DNA of 64,000 nucleotides, from positions 32,001 through 96,000 of IMG/VR virus record IMGVR_UViG_3300035517_000038; one strand, written 5' to 3'. Shown piece after piece: positions 18,999 through 32,000 of the stretch (positions are counted from its first letter, which is position 1; every line of letters starts with the position of its first letter). The DNA is from a virus (taxonomy: Duplodnaviria > Caudoviricetes). Under the pieces are notes generated by a model. That model was given only the letters and a program-made list of their open reading frames with translations. It had not been told where the DNA came from and made no database searches. The position numbers and the translations under genes were made by a program.

Positions 18999-21900
18999 AT
19001 GGCATCATGTACTTATGCCCCTAAAAAGGGCGCAGATTTATTCTATGCTCTAAAAAAAGAGCTTGGATATAATAAAGCCTGGGATGTAATTGGTATTATT
19101 AATAACCCTAAATTTAAGCAGGATTTTGCGGATACTCTCACTTTAGATAGTGAGGGTATCCCTACCCTTGCTTCTGTAATGGGTAATAAATATATACAAG
19201 GATTTCTAGGTATAGATAACACTGCTAAAATGCTACAACGAGAATACTCAGCTGTAGAAGATACTATGAGTAATTATAAATCAGCATTAGAACAGGCTAA
19301 ATTGTTTAATACTACAAGTGAGCATAAGAATAATTTCACAGCAGTAGTAAAAAATAAAGATGGTAAACTTAGAGTTACTATCTTACCTAGAACTGAAACT
19401 GCTTTAGAAGAGTTTAAAGACCAATATGCTGCACATAGCCTTAATAGGCAATTAGAGACCATTCTAGAGCCTGTAGGTATTACAGTGGGAATGTTATCAG
19501 AAGCAGAAATAAAGGCTGGTAGAACGGGCGTAATTAACTTTGCAGCTGCTAATAGAATGGCTCAAGATACTATATCTATGATTAGAGTAGCTAATAATAG
19601 ACAAGGTTTTGAAGCTCTTAGTGAAGAATATTCACACTTACTTGTAGCTGCCTTTAAAGATACTCCTCTATTAGAGAGGTTGATTAATGCTCTTGCAAAG
19701 GATGAGGAAGCCCTTAGAGTTATTCTTGGTGATGAATATGCAGATACTGTAAATTTCCAAGATGGAGATATGGCTCTTGTGGCTGAAGAAGCTGTAGGTC
19801 AATTATTGAGAGAGCACTTTGCTCAAAAAGTTGGGAGTAAGTCAGCTTTAATTAACCGCTTTAGAGATTTTGTACACTCTAAATATAAGGGTATGGATGA
19901 ATCAGATGTAGCCCATGCTATAGTAGAGTCTGAATCTGTGCTCAGTAGTTTAGTACAAAAAATGCTTGAAGGTACTCTAAAAGTTGACCCTGCTAAAATA
20001 GAAACCAGAATGGTGCAGCTTAATTCTTTAGCTGATAGATTGGACAGGAATATGGAACTACTAAAACATATGAAAGTTCAAGAGGTAAAACAGGCTCAAT
20101 TATCAGGTACTAGAGGTACTAGTGATACATTGCATAAAATTAATGTAGCTTTAAATAATTCTACAGATATTGCAGCACAAGCTGTAGGATTTACTGAATA
20201 TAGTATGGAGGCTCTTAAGGCTTTTACAAAGGCTCAGGGTTTATTAAATTCTATTGATAGAGGAATATCAACACAAGATACATTTAGAGATTTAAGACAG
20301 GTAGAGGCTACTATTGGTAAATACGGTAAATTTATAAAAGGGCTTAATGATACAATAAATGAGGAAAAAACATTAAGACAAGAGCAATTTGAAGTAGAAA
20401 TAGATGATGAGGGTAATCCTGTTTATACTCCATTAGACCCTGAAGATGTGTCTATGTTTGCTGAACCTATTCCAATTCTTCAGGATGATGGTACTTATGA
20501 ATATATAAATATGTATGAGGTACTCTCAGCTCTTAATGATATTTCACAAAGAATTGCTTCAGAATTTGAAGCAAAGTCTTTAAGCTCTTTTGCTAGTTTC
20601 TTAGAACCTGTATTAGGTACAGAGGTTACTACAGAAATTGGTAAAAATGCTGGTACTGGAGTATTGGTTACCGATTTATTAAAAAGAGCTTCTAATGATA
20701 TATCATTCTTTGATAGATGGTTGGACTCTATGGGACAGTCTAGAGACCCTATTCTTAATGCTTTTGATGAAATAGTCAAAAGGCAAAATGAGGAAGCTAA
20801 GGATAAAGCACAAGGTCTTATTAGAAGATTACAGAAGATAATGCTCGATGCTAAAGATAAAGGTATCACAGATTTTGATTGGATGTTTGAGAAACTCTCT
20901 GATGGTAGCCTTAGTGGTGATTATATTAGTGAGATTAATAGAAATCAATACCATAAAGAGAGATTAGAGATGGAAGCTGCTCTAGAGGCTAAATATGGCA
21001 GAAATCCTAAAGGCGAAGAATTAGAAGCTAAAAAGAGAGAAAGAGAAGCCTGGCATTTAGAACATTCTAAAAAGTCATTTGGTAGATGGCGTATTAATGA
21101 ACGTAAGTATGAAAATGCTGCTTATAAGGCACTGTCTAAAGACCAAAGAGAGATTCTTGATAGATTATTAGCTATCAAAGAAATTGCTGATAAATTATTA
21201 CCTGCAGCTAAAGTAGATAAGCTTAAAGCTGTACAAATGCGTAGAATGGGTAATAGTAGAGTATTAGATTCATTAGCACATCCTAGTAGAATTTGGGAAA
21301 ATATTAAGGAAGCGGTTGCTGAAGAATTATTAGATAGAAACGATGATAACCTTACTTTTGGTGAAAACAATAGAAGAGGTTTAAAAGATTTCTCAGGTAA
21401 GGAATATATGGAATTACCTGCTCTTTATACTAATAGGTTAGAAAATCCTAATGACCTTAATAGAGATGTAATAGGCTCTCTTATGGCTTATGTAGCTATG
21501 GCTTGCAAATATGAAGCTATGAATGAAGTAGTAGATGCCTTAGAAGTTGGTAGAAGTATAGTAAATAAAAGAGAAGTACAGAAAACTGTAGGTAATCAAC
21601 CTATGGTGGAGAAATTAAGTAATGGTTTTGATACAGTGACTGCAAAAATCTTACAAGATGGAAAGACAAATATGCAAGCCAAACTTGATGACTTTATGGC
21701 TTCACAAGTGTATAATAGATTATTAAAAGATTATGGTACATTTGATGTATTTGGTCAGAAGATTAATAAGAATAAAGCAGTTTCATTACTTCTTAAATAT
21801 TCTTCATTAGCTCAATTAGGGTTCAATGCTCTTGCTAACTTAGCCAATGTAACTCAAGGTGTGGCTATGCAGAATATAGAAGCTGCTGCAGGAGAGTTTT

Positions 21901-23039
21901 TCAATGCTAAAGAGTTAGCTAAAGCTGATGCTGCATATGGTAGAATGATTACAGGCTATCTTTCAGAGTTAGGTAGCAGAGTCAAAACTAACAAACTGTG
22001 GTTATTTGACCAAGCTATTGACTTTAAAGGTGACTACTTCAAGGATATGAAGCACCAAGATATGCGCAAGTTTGTACAAAGAGTATTGGGCAAAGAGCTT
22101 GCGTTTATAGGTCAAGAGGCTGGTGACCATTGGTTATATAACAGAACAGCTATAGCAATGGCTATGAGAACTAAGGTTAATGTTCCTGGTAAAGGGGTAA
22201 TGTCATTGTGGGATGCTCTAGAGTATGAATCTCCTAGTGGTATTAATGATTCTAGAATTAAAGAATGTAGACTACCTCAAGGTACTACTTTTGTAAAAAC
22301 AGGTGAAACTGCTAGTCTTAAGAGATTTGGTAGAGAAGTTCTAGAAATAAACCAAGAACTTTTTGGTATCTATAATGAAGAAGATGCCAATGCTGCTAAT
22401 AGAGTTATAGGTGGTAGATTGGTAATGCAGTATAGAAAATACATGAGACCTCTGTGGAATAAGAGATTTGGAGAATCTAGAAAATCTCTTATAACTGGTA
22501 GAGAGTACGAGGGTTTCTATCGTTCACTGTTTAAATTTGCATCAGCAGTAGCAAAAGAGAAAAGTTGGAAAAATAACTCTTTCATGTTAAATGCTACTGA
22601 ACATCAAAAGAGGAATTTAAGAAGAGCAGTTATGGATATTTTACAATGGGCAGTTATGGCAGCATTAGCTAATTTCTTAGAATGGCCTGATGATGATGAT
22701 AATTATATTTTCCAATTGACAGAATATCTAGTTAAAAGATTAAACAGAGAATTAGGTATGTTTGCTTTATCTCCTATAATGTTCCAAGAGTGGTACAACA
22801 CTATAACAGCCCCTGCAGCAACTTTATCTGTTGTAAAACAAGTTGGTATATTTGTAGGTTCATTAGTTAATCCTGTTAGCTGGATGGATGAAATAGAACA
22901 AGGTAGATATAAAGGTATGACTCAAGTAGGAAAAGCAGCGTATCTGTTACCTATTCCCTATTTATCTTACTACAGACAATGGGATAAATTCTATAATAGA
23001 CTTGATGAAATGTCAGATTACTATACTAGGTCTAGATAA
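18999..23039 (+). CDS. Large virion cargo protein with degenerate zincin motif
   Basis: 1346 aa, directly after the RNAP gene; EEYSH...EEAVG motif; typical crAss gene order. Confidence 0.75.
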   Translation: MASCTYAPKKGADLFYALKKELGYNKAWDVIGIINNPKFKQDFADTLTLDSEGIPTLASVMGNKYIQGFLGIDNTAKMLQREYSAVEDTMSNYKSALEQAKLFNTTSEHKNNFTAVVKNKDGKLRVTILPRTETALEEFKDQYAAHSLNRQLETILEPVGITVGMLSEAEIKAGRTGVINFAAANRMAQDTISMIRVANNRQGFEALSEEYSHLLVAAFKDTPLLERLINALAKDEEALRVILGDEYADTVNFQDGDMALVAEEAVGQLLREHFAQKVGSKSALINRFRDFVHSKYKGMDESDVAHAIVESESVLSSLVQKMLEGTLKVDPAKIETRMVQLNSLADRLDRNMELLKHMKVQEVKQAQLSGTRGTSDTLHKINVALNNSTDIAAQAVGFTEYSMEALKAFTKAQGLLNSIDRGISTQDTFRDLRQVEATIGKYGKFIKGLNDTINEEKTLRQEQFEVEIDDEGNPVYTPLDPEDVSMFAEPIPILQDDGTYEYINMYEVLSALNDISQRIASEFEAKSLSSFASFLEPVLGTEVTTEIGKNAGTGVLVTDLLKRASNDISFFDRWLDSMGQSRDPILNAFDEIVKRQNEEAKDKAQGLIRRLQKIMLDAKDKGITDFDWMFEKLSDGSLSGDYISEINRNQYHKERLEMEAALEAKYGRNPKGEELEAKKREREAWHLEHSKKSFGRWRINERKYENAAYKALSKDQREILDRLLAIKEIADKLLPAAKVDKLKAVQMRRMGNSRVLDSLAHPSRIWENIKEAVAEELLDRNDDNLTFGENNRRGLKDFSGKEYMELPALYTNRLENPNDLNRDVIGSLMAYVAMACKYEAMNEVVDALEVGRSIVNKREVQKTVGNQPMVEKLSNGFDTVTAKILQDGKTNMQAKLDDFMASQVYNRLLKDYGTFDVFGQKINKNKAVSLLLKYSSLAQLGFNALANLANVTQGVAMQNIEAAAGEFFNAKELAKADAAYGRMITGYLSELGSRVKTNKLWLFDQAIDFKGDYFKDMKHQDMRKFVQRVLGKELAFIGQEAGDHWLYNRTAIAMAMRTKVNVPGKGVMSLWDALEYESPSGINDSRIKECRLPQGTTFVKTGETASLKRFGREVLEINQELFGIYNEEDANAANRVIGGRLVMQYRKYMRPLWNKRFGESRKSLITGREYEGFYRSLFKFASAVAKEKSWKNNSFMLNATEHQKRNLRRAVMDILQWAVMAALANFLEWPDDDDNYIFQLTEYLVKRLNRELGMFALSPIMFQEWYNTITAPAATLSVVKQVGIFVGSLVNPVSWMDEIEQGRYKGMTQVGKAAYLLPIPYLSYYRQWDKFYNRLDEMSDYYTRSR

Positions 23040-23054
23040 TTAAATAGGTTCAAT

Positions 23055-23094
23055 AAAAAGGGAGGCACCAAACGGTGTCTCCCTTATTTTTTTT
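23055..23094. terminator. Bidirectional terminator at the convergence point
   Basis: A-run, GGGAGGCACC-AAAC-GGTGTCTCCC hairpin, then T-run. Confidence 0.9.
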
Positions 23095-26000
23095 ACATTC
23101 TACACTTAAGGAAAGTTTCTTTCTCTAATAGAGTCATCTTTTCAAAATCTTCTATAGTCATACCTCTTTCCTTAAGATAATCCATAGATTCTCTAGCTTG
23201 AGCATTGAGTTTAGCATGATTGTAACTTTCTAATTTTTCTTTGAAAGCACTTCTCTCAGCTATTTCTGCTTTCTTTGCATCAAGCATATTCTGAAGTTGT
23301 ACTCTTCTTTGTAAGAGTTTTGTACTTTCCTTATTCATAGCAATACCTAATTTATTTACAGATGTCCATATCTCATACCTACCTCTACACTCATCTACTT
23401 GAGTTATATCTTTATATTCCTCAGGTATAGCATTTTCAGCAGCATCAGGTGTTAAGAATCCATCTCTATAAATAACATAGCCTTTTCTAAGTTTGGCTTT
23501 AGGGTCTCTTTTGAGTTTCTCATAAGCAGCTCTCAATCTATTGTTGCTTTCTTTTATTTTATCTCTTGTAGAAGATATTTCATTCTCTATATCTTTAATC
23601 TCTTGTTCTAATGCTTCTTCTTCACTCATGGACCTTCTAAGAGTTTGTTCTCTACTCTGTTGATTTCTATTTATAGTTATAGCTTTAGAATCATATATAA
23701 TATGATGGTCGGCATTACTAAAACCAGAATGGTGCATAGCCCCTACATAACCGCCTTTAGCTACTAATAATTTAGTAACATCTGCTTGAGCTTTTCCAAC
23801 ATTAGAACCTGCAGAGCCTTTATCTAAATATTCTATAGATTGTAAACCCTCAAGTATTCTAATCTTGTCCATGGTAGTTTCTGCAGTATTATAAAGATTA
23901 TCAAAAATATCTTGAAGCTCTTTCGGTGTCATATTTTCACCCTTAGTACCTAACAGAGATTTACCATTAACTCTTGGCTCATTACCAGAAAGTGTCATAT
24001 GAGCTATAACTCTTTGATATTGCTCACTATTCTTTATTTTAGGTAGTAAAGAATATTTTATACTATCTAAAATTGACAAAGTTTCTGCATCAGGGGCAGT
24101 ATCTAATTGTAAAAATTTACCATTAGCATTTATACTAATACTGTAAGTATTACCACCATGCAAAGATTTTAATAAACTTTCTGCAACTGTTACAGCTTCA
24201 TCAATATTAGTAAAGAACGCCTCAGTTTCTTTATTAGCTTCTACAAATTTATTATATTTTTCAGAAAGTTGTCTAGCTAAGTTATTTAACTGTATTGTTT
24301 CTTTATTTTCTACAATTTTACCTTTGCTATATACACCTTCACTAAAAGAACTTTTAATAGCTTTTATCTCTGCTTTAAGTTTATCTGCATTAGTTATAAG
24401 TCTTCTGATAGTACCTAAAATACCCTTTGTTTTCTGAATACTAGCTAACTTATATTGTAAACTTTCTAAACTATCAATTCTCGAAGATAACCTTTCAACT
24501 AAATCAACAAATTCTTTAAAACTTTGAGTATCCTGCTGGAAAAATTTAGTCAAACGTTCAAAAAGTCTTGTATTCTTTTCTCCAAGATTCTGCCCTAATT
24601 TGATAGTAGCTGAGAATGTATTTAAAGCATCTACCATATCAGCTACAGATAAATTAGAGCCAGAACTTTCAAAAAGAGTGAAAGCTTTTGGTAAATACTC
24701 TCTTAATCTAGTAGCCAATGCTCTAATCCTGTACATCTGCGCTTCCACTTTACTACCAGTAAAATAAAAACCTGACGTATATGCAGTATTACCCTCACCT
24801 GTAAACAAGAAATCTGTACTAAACTCATCTATAGCAAAAGCTCCTGTACCATGATAAGTATTAATAGTATTAGTAGCTTTACTCTTATTAGCAAACTTAC
24901 CTTTTCTAATATTTCTGTAGAGTTTATTAAGTTGAGCCTCTTTACCAAATAAAGTTTTAACAAACATCTTAAGTTTACCCCAAAGTTTTCTAAAACCTTT
25001 TTGATTCTCCAGTTGCTCATAGTTCTGCATATACCTTCTAAAGCCCTCTGCAAGCTCTTCCTCAAGCTCTAATTCAGACTTCTGACCAAATACCCTAGCA
25101 GCTTCTTCATAAAGGTCTGAAAGCTCTCTATCGCTTAATAAGGTTTGGGATACATAGTGGAAAGCCTCATGATAAGCAGTACCCCTACTAGAGTTTTTAG
25201 CAAGATACACAACACCATCTTTAAACAATCCCCATACTTTATCTCCATTAGCAAGAGTTGATAATTGTGTTACACTCTCCACTAATCTAAGAGCATCTTC
25301 ATGAGCTAATTGAGGGAGCATTTGTTGTACTCTTGCAACCTCTGCTTCTATATCAGTACCTTCATAGGCTTCATCAGAAGACTCTCTCCTGAGTTTTGAA
25401 GATTTTTCATAAGCCTCTCTTGCTTTCTTTTGAATATCCTCCTCAGACATACTGCTATTAATAGTAGCATCATATGTAGCAAAGAATCTATTCTTCATAG
25501 TATTATTGAGTTTAGAAACAGCAATAACTATATCTTGAGGAACTTTATAGAAAGTTAACTTTCTAGTAGCATTTATCTTACCTCTAAGACTCTTAAGTGC
25601 TTCATTATAAGCATCTTGAGTATCATCTTTCTTAGCTTCTGCTGCTTTCGCTTTCTCTTTCTCTGCTTTCTGCTTAGCTCTTTCAGCTGCAATATCCATA
25701 GAGAAATCAAAATCATCAGCAGAAAGAACTTCACCACCATCATCATCTGTAGCAGCTTCATCTGCTGCAGGAGTAGTAGTCTTTAACTCTGTAGCAGCTT
25801 TCTCTCTGCTGGCTACTACAGTAGCATATGCAGAGTTTACAGAGTCTATAATATCTTCATCATACTTAATCTTGGTTACATCTATATTAAAATGTTCAGC
25901 GAGCTTATCATATAAAGCATCTGTAAATTCAGTACCTTCTAAGTTTTCTAAACCTTTAGATAATTCATCTACAACATTAACAAAATTAGGGTCATTAAAT

Positions 26001-29000
26001 ATAGTATTTCTGACTGATAAAGTATGACTAAAGCTATTAAATTCATCTGCACTATTGCTATCTCTAGGTTCTTCTTTAACATATTTAAGAGAAACTTGAG
26101 CTTCTGAAAATCCTTCAGCTGTACCTGCATTTACATCCACAATTATAGCACCACCGTCTATAGTATAAATAGCTACATAATTACCACTAACACCAGCAAC
26201 AGTATCAGAGAACTCACTATCACCTCTAGGAGATTTAATAGTAATAGTTACTACAGAATCTTTAGTTAGCTTAGAAGCATTATCCGCAGTAATAGCAGAA
26301 CCCGAAGGTATTACATTATTAGAGTTTTTCTTATTTTCTTGTCTCTTTTTAGCCTCATCTATATACCTTTGAAGCATCTCTTTATATTTAGCTTTATCAG
26401 TTTGTTTCTGTAAAACTTTAAGAGCTTTATGAACTTCAGGCATCTTGCTATATAAATACTGCTCTACTTTACCAGTGGTAGCATCTGAGAGTTTATTCCA
26501 ATTAGAGAGAAGTTCAAAGATTGCTTCATTATTAGATTTTATCAGATTAACAGCTTTAGTTTTTTGGAGGTTTTTAGCATTTTCTCTAATATTTTTAATA
26601 GTTTCTCTATAAGCTTTTAAATCACTCTCTTTAAGATTCTCTAATTCAGTTTTTAATACTGCAGGTATTATAGAGTCATTATTAAGAAGCTCTTCATCAG
26701 TGATATTAATATCATCTAACCTAGCTAATTTTATAGCAGCTTCTAGTAATCTTGTAGTATTAGAGGTTGATGTTGTAGTGGTGGTAGTAGTTTCCTTTTC
26801 TACATTAAACTCATCAAAGAGTTTATTTTTTGTAGCAGGGTCTACTTTAAGATATTGTATAGCAATATTTGTAGCATCTTGCACAGTGAGAGTACCATTT
26901 TGAACAGCTTGCTGTACTTGAGCCATGAACTCTATAAGATTTACATTAGCCTTAGTCTTATTACCGTTGTTGTTAATAGCTCTCACTAATTCCTCTCTAG
27001 TAGAGTTAGCTCTAAGTATAGTTTGTCTTATTCTGAGAACAAGGGATTTAGCTAATGCATAATTTAAATCTCCGCCATCATTTGAAGAATCCTCATTAAG
27101 AACAAACAAACCTCCAGGAACTTCACCTTCTTTAAGTAATCCAGCTTTTCTAGCAATTTCATTACCTATTTGTTTAGCTTCTACTACTTTTTTACCACCA
27201 TTAAGATACTCAGCACCTACTCTACCCTCTGCATTACTTTTGTCAATGCCACTGTCTAAACCTTCAGTATCAATAGCATCTGTAGGACTGCTAATAGGAG
27301 TACCAAAAGCTTCAGAAGGTATTTTATCAGCTTCTTGTCTAGCAGCATCTACAGCAGCTCCTAAGCCTTCTGTATTAGCTTCAGCAGGAGCACTTTCTAC
27401 TTTAGGTGCTACAAACTTCTCTTCTTTAGTATTAAATCTACCCCAAGGAGTATCATATTCTTTTTGACCATTTAAACCATGCTGAATACCATAAGCCTTA
27501 GCCCTTAATATTGCATGATTAGGTTTTGTAGGGTCTAAGAGTAAGTAATCATTACCAACTGCATCCCAGACATAATAATCACCATTCTCTATCTTTACTC
27601 TTGTATTAGCGTCTACATCAACATGAGTAGCAGTGCTGGTTCTTTGATTAGGATTAGTACCTATAGTCTTGGGGGCTTTGGCTTTCTTCTCTTGACCATC
27701 TATAATAGGATTGAGAACAAACCAATCATCTACTGTGTGATTAGCTCCAGGTCTCATATTAGTGAAAGCTACTTCACCAATCATTCTATTATAATTGACC
27801 TCTTGACCATTTACTGTGATAGTATTATTAATATGCTCTCTTGCTACTCTAATAGAAGGGTTGTGCTTTTTTATAGCCTCCATTATAATATCAGCTCTGG
27901 TGTTAATACTAGCACTTTCTAAACTAGCCCATGCTATTTTTTCACCATTTCTAATACCTAAGAGTTTACCATCTTTTGAGAATGTTATAATACCCTTATC
28001 ATGATTAAGATTTAATAAAGCTCTGAGTCTATCTTGAGCTTCATGAATATCCTTTTTATCTGAATTTTGACTTAAAGTAGCCATATATTCGGCAACTTCT
28101 CTTACTGCTTTATAGATAAGAGAGCCTTCAGAAATACCTAACCATCTAGGCATAGAGAAAGGTACAGGCATATAAGCTCTTAAGTCACTAGAAGTAGGAA
28201 GTAACAGATAGGGAGTACCTGCAGGAGCAGTACTACTTTCAGAAGTTCTCATTATTGTAGACTGCAGTTTAGGGTCTCTAGACTTTTTAGAGTTAGCAAC
28301 AACAACAGGAGATTGACCATTAGAAGTTGAGAAACCAATCATGAAATCATTCTCAGTAGATTGACCCTGAGAATTGGTATTATCCATAATCTGATTTAAA
28401 GACACTGACCTTTTATTTGTTGTAAAATCAGGTTTACCTACCATAATTTTAGCTATGGTAGATTCTCCACCTACAGGAACTAAATCGCCTTCTACAGATT
28501 CTTGCTTTTCATTATATTCTTTTACTGCTTTTCTTGTAAACTCTGCTAATCCTGGGTATCTATCTGTTTCTATAGGAAGGTCACCGATAACTTCACCACT
28601 ACTATTTACAATAAGAATTACAGGAACACCTGCAGATTTAGATAACTCTTTACTTATAGCAAAAGTAACCTTAGGTCCTTTAGCTCTATCATAAAAACCA
28701 GTTTTAGCTCTATCAAATACACCTACTTTCTCTAAAAACTCATATACTGCTTTATAGATAGGTTTCTTCTCATTAGAGTTATCAAGGGTCATCCAATAAG
28801 GTGTTCTATCACCACCTCTCTTTCTATGTATTGGGTATTCAGTAGTAGCAGGTCTCCAATAATTTAAAGTACCATTAGCAGCTTTAAGAGGTAAAGCTCC
28901 AGTAGCAGCATCTTCATCAGCTTGTGCTTGAGAGTTAGTTATCTTATCATCATTATGTATTTTATCTATTTCCTCACCTAATAATTCTTCAGGAATAGAT

Positions 29001-32000
29001 TCAACACCAGTGACTTCTTCTTGAGTAGCTTGCTCACCACCAGTAACTATTTCAGGTTTAGTGCTTGTTGGTAATTTTAAATCAGCTATATCTTCAGTAG
29101 TTAAACTGGCATCTACGAATTTAGGAATGTGTTTACTAAAAACTATATATAAATCTTTAATATAATTATTAGAAAATAAGTCACCATATTTTCTTTGTAT
29201 AGTCTTTTTTAGATTATTATTAGAGACTTTTTGAGCTAAAAGTTCTACTATATTATTTAGCATTTCTCTAATTCTAACCTCTTCTGCCTCTGTTATTAAT
29301 CCCTGTTCTTTAGCCGCTCTAATATCATTATTAACAGCTTTAATAAATGCATCATAAGCATCTGTACGCTGTATAGCATTAACAGGTGCAGGCTGTTCTA
29401 CAGGGTCTGTAGCAGATGGTTTTTCTTCTCCTAAGACCTCAGCACCAACCCTACCTTCTACAGGGCCTCTTTCTACAGTTCCTGGTACATTTTCTAAAAG
29501 CTTTTCAGTTGCTTTTTCTTCATCTAGAGCTTCTCTAATAGCAGTTTTAGCTTTATCTAATCTTTGACCCATAAGAGCTTCTATCTCTTCCTCAGTCATA
29601 GAAGGGTCTAAAGCCCTATTAGGAAGATTTTCAAAGTTATTAAAAGCCTCTCTATCTAAGTCATCTAAATCTTCTATAGCTTCAGAATTTTTAAGACCTT
29701 CTAATAATAAAGCTAAAGCATCTTGGTGAGTTTGCTCATCTATTTGTCCTCTAGCTCGCATATCATCTAACCTCTTCTTAGAATTTTTAGCTTTTTCAAG
29801 AATCTCTTTTGCTTTTCTAGACCTTTTAATAGCCTCTTGTTTTTCTGTAGAAACATTACCAGTAGTATCATCAAAAGCTTCATCACCCATTTCTACAAAT
29901 TCATCAAAGGCGCTGGTGTCTATATCTTCCCAACTTTCTGAATTATCAATAACCTCATTGATTTTTTCATTTACAGATTGAGATGCTGCTTTATTTACTT
30001 TCTCTTCTTCTGTCTTATTCTCCTTTTCTGTAGCTGTATCTTTCTTAGTTTGCTCAATATCATCTTCCAGCTTATCTAAATTCTTTGAATACTCTTTGAC
30101 AGTATCTGAAAATAGTTTAGTAGCTTTAGAGAGTGCCTTCATATCTTCAAGTTTTTTAAGAATATCCTTATATTCAAACTCATCAAATATAGCACCATTG
30201 TGTTCTAAATATTTTGCAATACCGTCTCTAAAATCATCCCATTTCTCATCTGATAATTTTCTATTAGCCCTTGATGCAGTACCCCTAAGAAGACTTTTAA
30301 ATTCTTCATTAGCGAATTTTATTTGGGCAATAGTTTTGTCTAACTCTGGGTCTTTAACACCCTGAGCCTCTAAAACCTCCCTATACCTTTCAAGCTCTTG
30401 TACTTCTTCTATATTATTATCTAATATAGGCTTCAAAGCTTTTTGTACTTCGTCACCCATTTGGTCTATTCTCTTTTCCCAATTAAGGGCTTGTGCTCTA
30501 AGGAAAGCAAGATAATTAGCTTGGTCATTACTTAATCTATCACCTACGCTATTATCCACCCAGCTTTTAGAATCTAGATAAGCATCTACAACTTCCCTCA
30601 TCTGTTTAGAGTTCTTTTGTAGAATATCTACAGCCTTCTGCTGACCTTCTTCAGTATTAATATCTATACCTGCAAACTGCCCTTCATTATATTCTTGTAT
30701 CTCTCCAGGAGTTAATAATTTTCTAGATAATTTTTCTGCTCTTTTATTAAGCACATTCTGTTGTTTTATGCTTAGAGCTTTTTTATTATTATTAAGAAAA
30801 TTATATATAGTATTAAGTTCCTCTTTAATAGCTTCCCTTTGTTCCTCAATAGTAACAGTTCTAGTATTATCTTTAACAATCTCGGCTAATTCTTCAGGGG
30901 ATGCTTGGTCAGCACTATCTAAGAAATCTAATATAGTATAAAAGTCATCAAGTCTACCAGCGTCTGAGAACATTTGAACACCACTAAACATTGAAGCAAA
31001 TTCAGCATCCTTGAAAGCTTTTTCATCACCTACTTCTAAAGCAGCTTTTTGTAAATTACTAAAGAAGTTTATTCTGTTTATACCTTTAAAATTATTTAGA
31101 TTCTTGGGGTCTTGTATCCACTCATTTAACTTTCCTACTATTTTCTCAGCCCTTTCCTCATTTTCTCTTATATTTTGTAACTCCTCTCGTACACCACCTT
31201 GCATACGTAACCCCCATTTACCTTTCTGTTTACTGATAATAGGTACACCAGTAAGACCAGTAACACCACCTATAAGAAACTCAAACCAAGAATTAGAGTC
31301 TTTGACATTGGCATCAATACCATTTATAATGGAGTTCATGTAGCTAAGAGTTTCTAATTCGGCATCTTCATCTATATTACTTTTGTAATAATTCATTACA
31401 TCAGTACCATAATAATCAATATTGATTTTACCAGCAGCACCCTGACTCCATTCCTCATTAGCTTCTCTTAAAAATGGTTTTACAGTAGATTTTAAAAACT
31501 TCTCACCTTTCCCCATTTTATCTACGTTATAGGAACCTTTGGCAAGTTGTTTAGCAAATTCTTCTGCATCGACAGCAGTGCCTGCCTCAGCAGCTTTTGA
31601 TGCTGCTCCTTTAGCAGCTTGTTTTACAGAAGTCCTTTCACCTTGAGAATTTACATAAGAAACACCTTCAATTTTAGATAATGGTTTCCAACCTCCGACC
31701 ATAGCTTTACCAAAAGCAAAATAGTTAGAAGTAGCAAGAATACCAATATTCATAGCAAATACACCATTACCAACTTTAATAGCATCTTCTTTAGCTCTTT
31801 GCATAGCTTTATCATAAGCATCGTTAGCCTCCTTTTTAGCTATGCTTCTAGCATTATTTACTCTACTAATATAATCGGCATTAAGTTTATCTAGTTCTTT
31901 TTTTCTAGCTTGTTCAGTAGGATTAACAAAAACACCATCACCATTGTTTACCAAAGTTTGAGGCATTTTGTCATATCTTTCATTAATCTCTTTGTACTTT

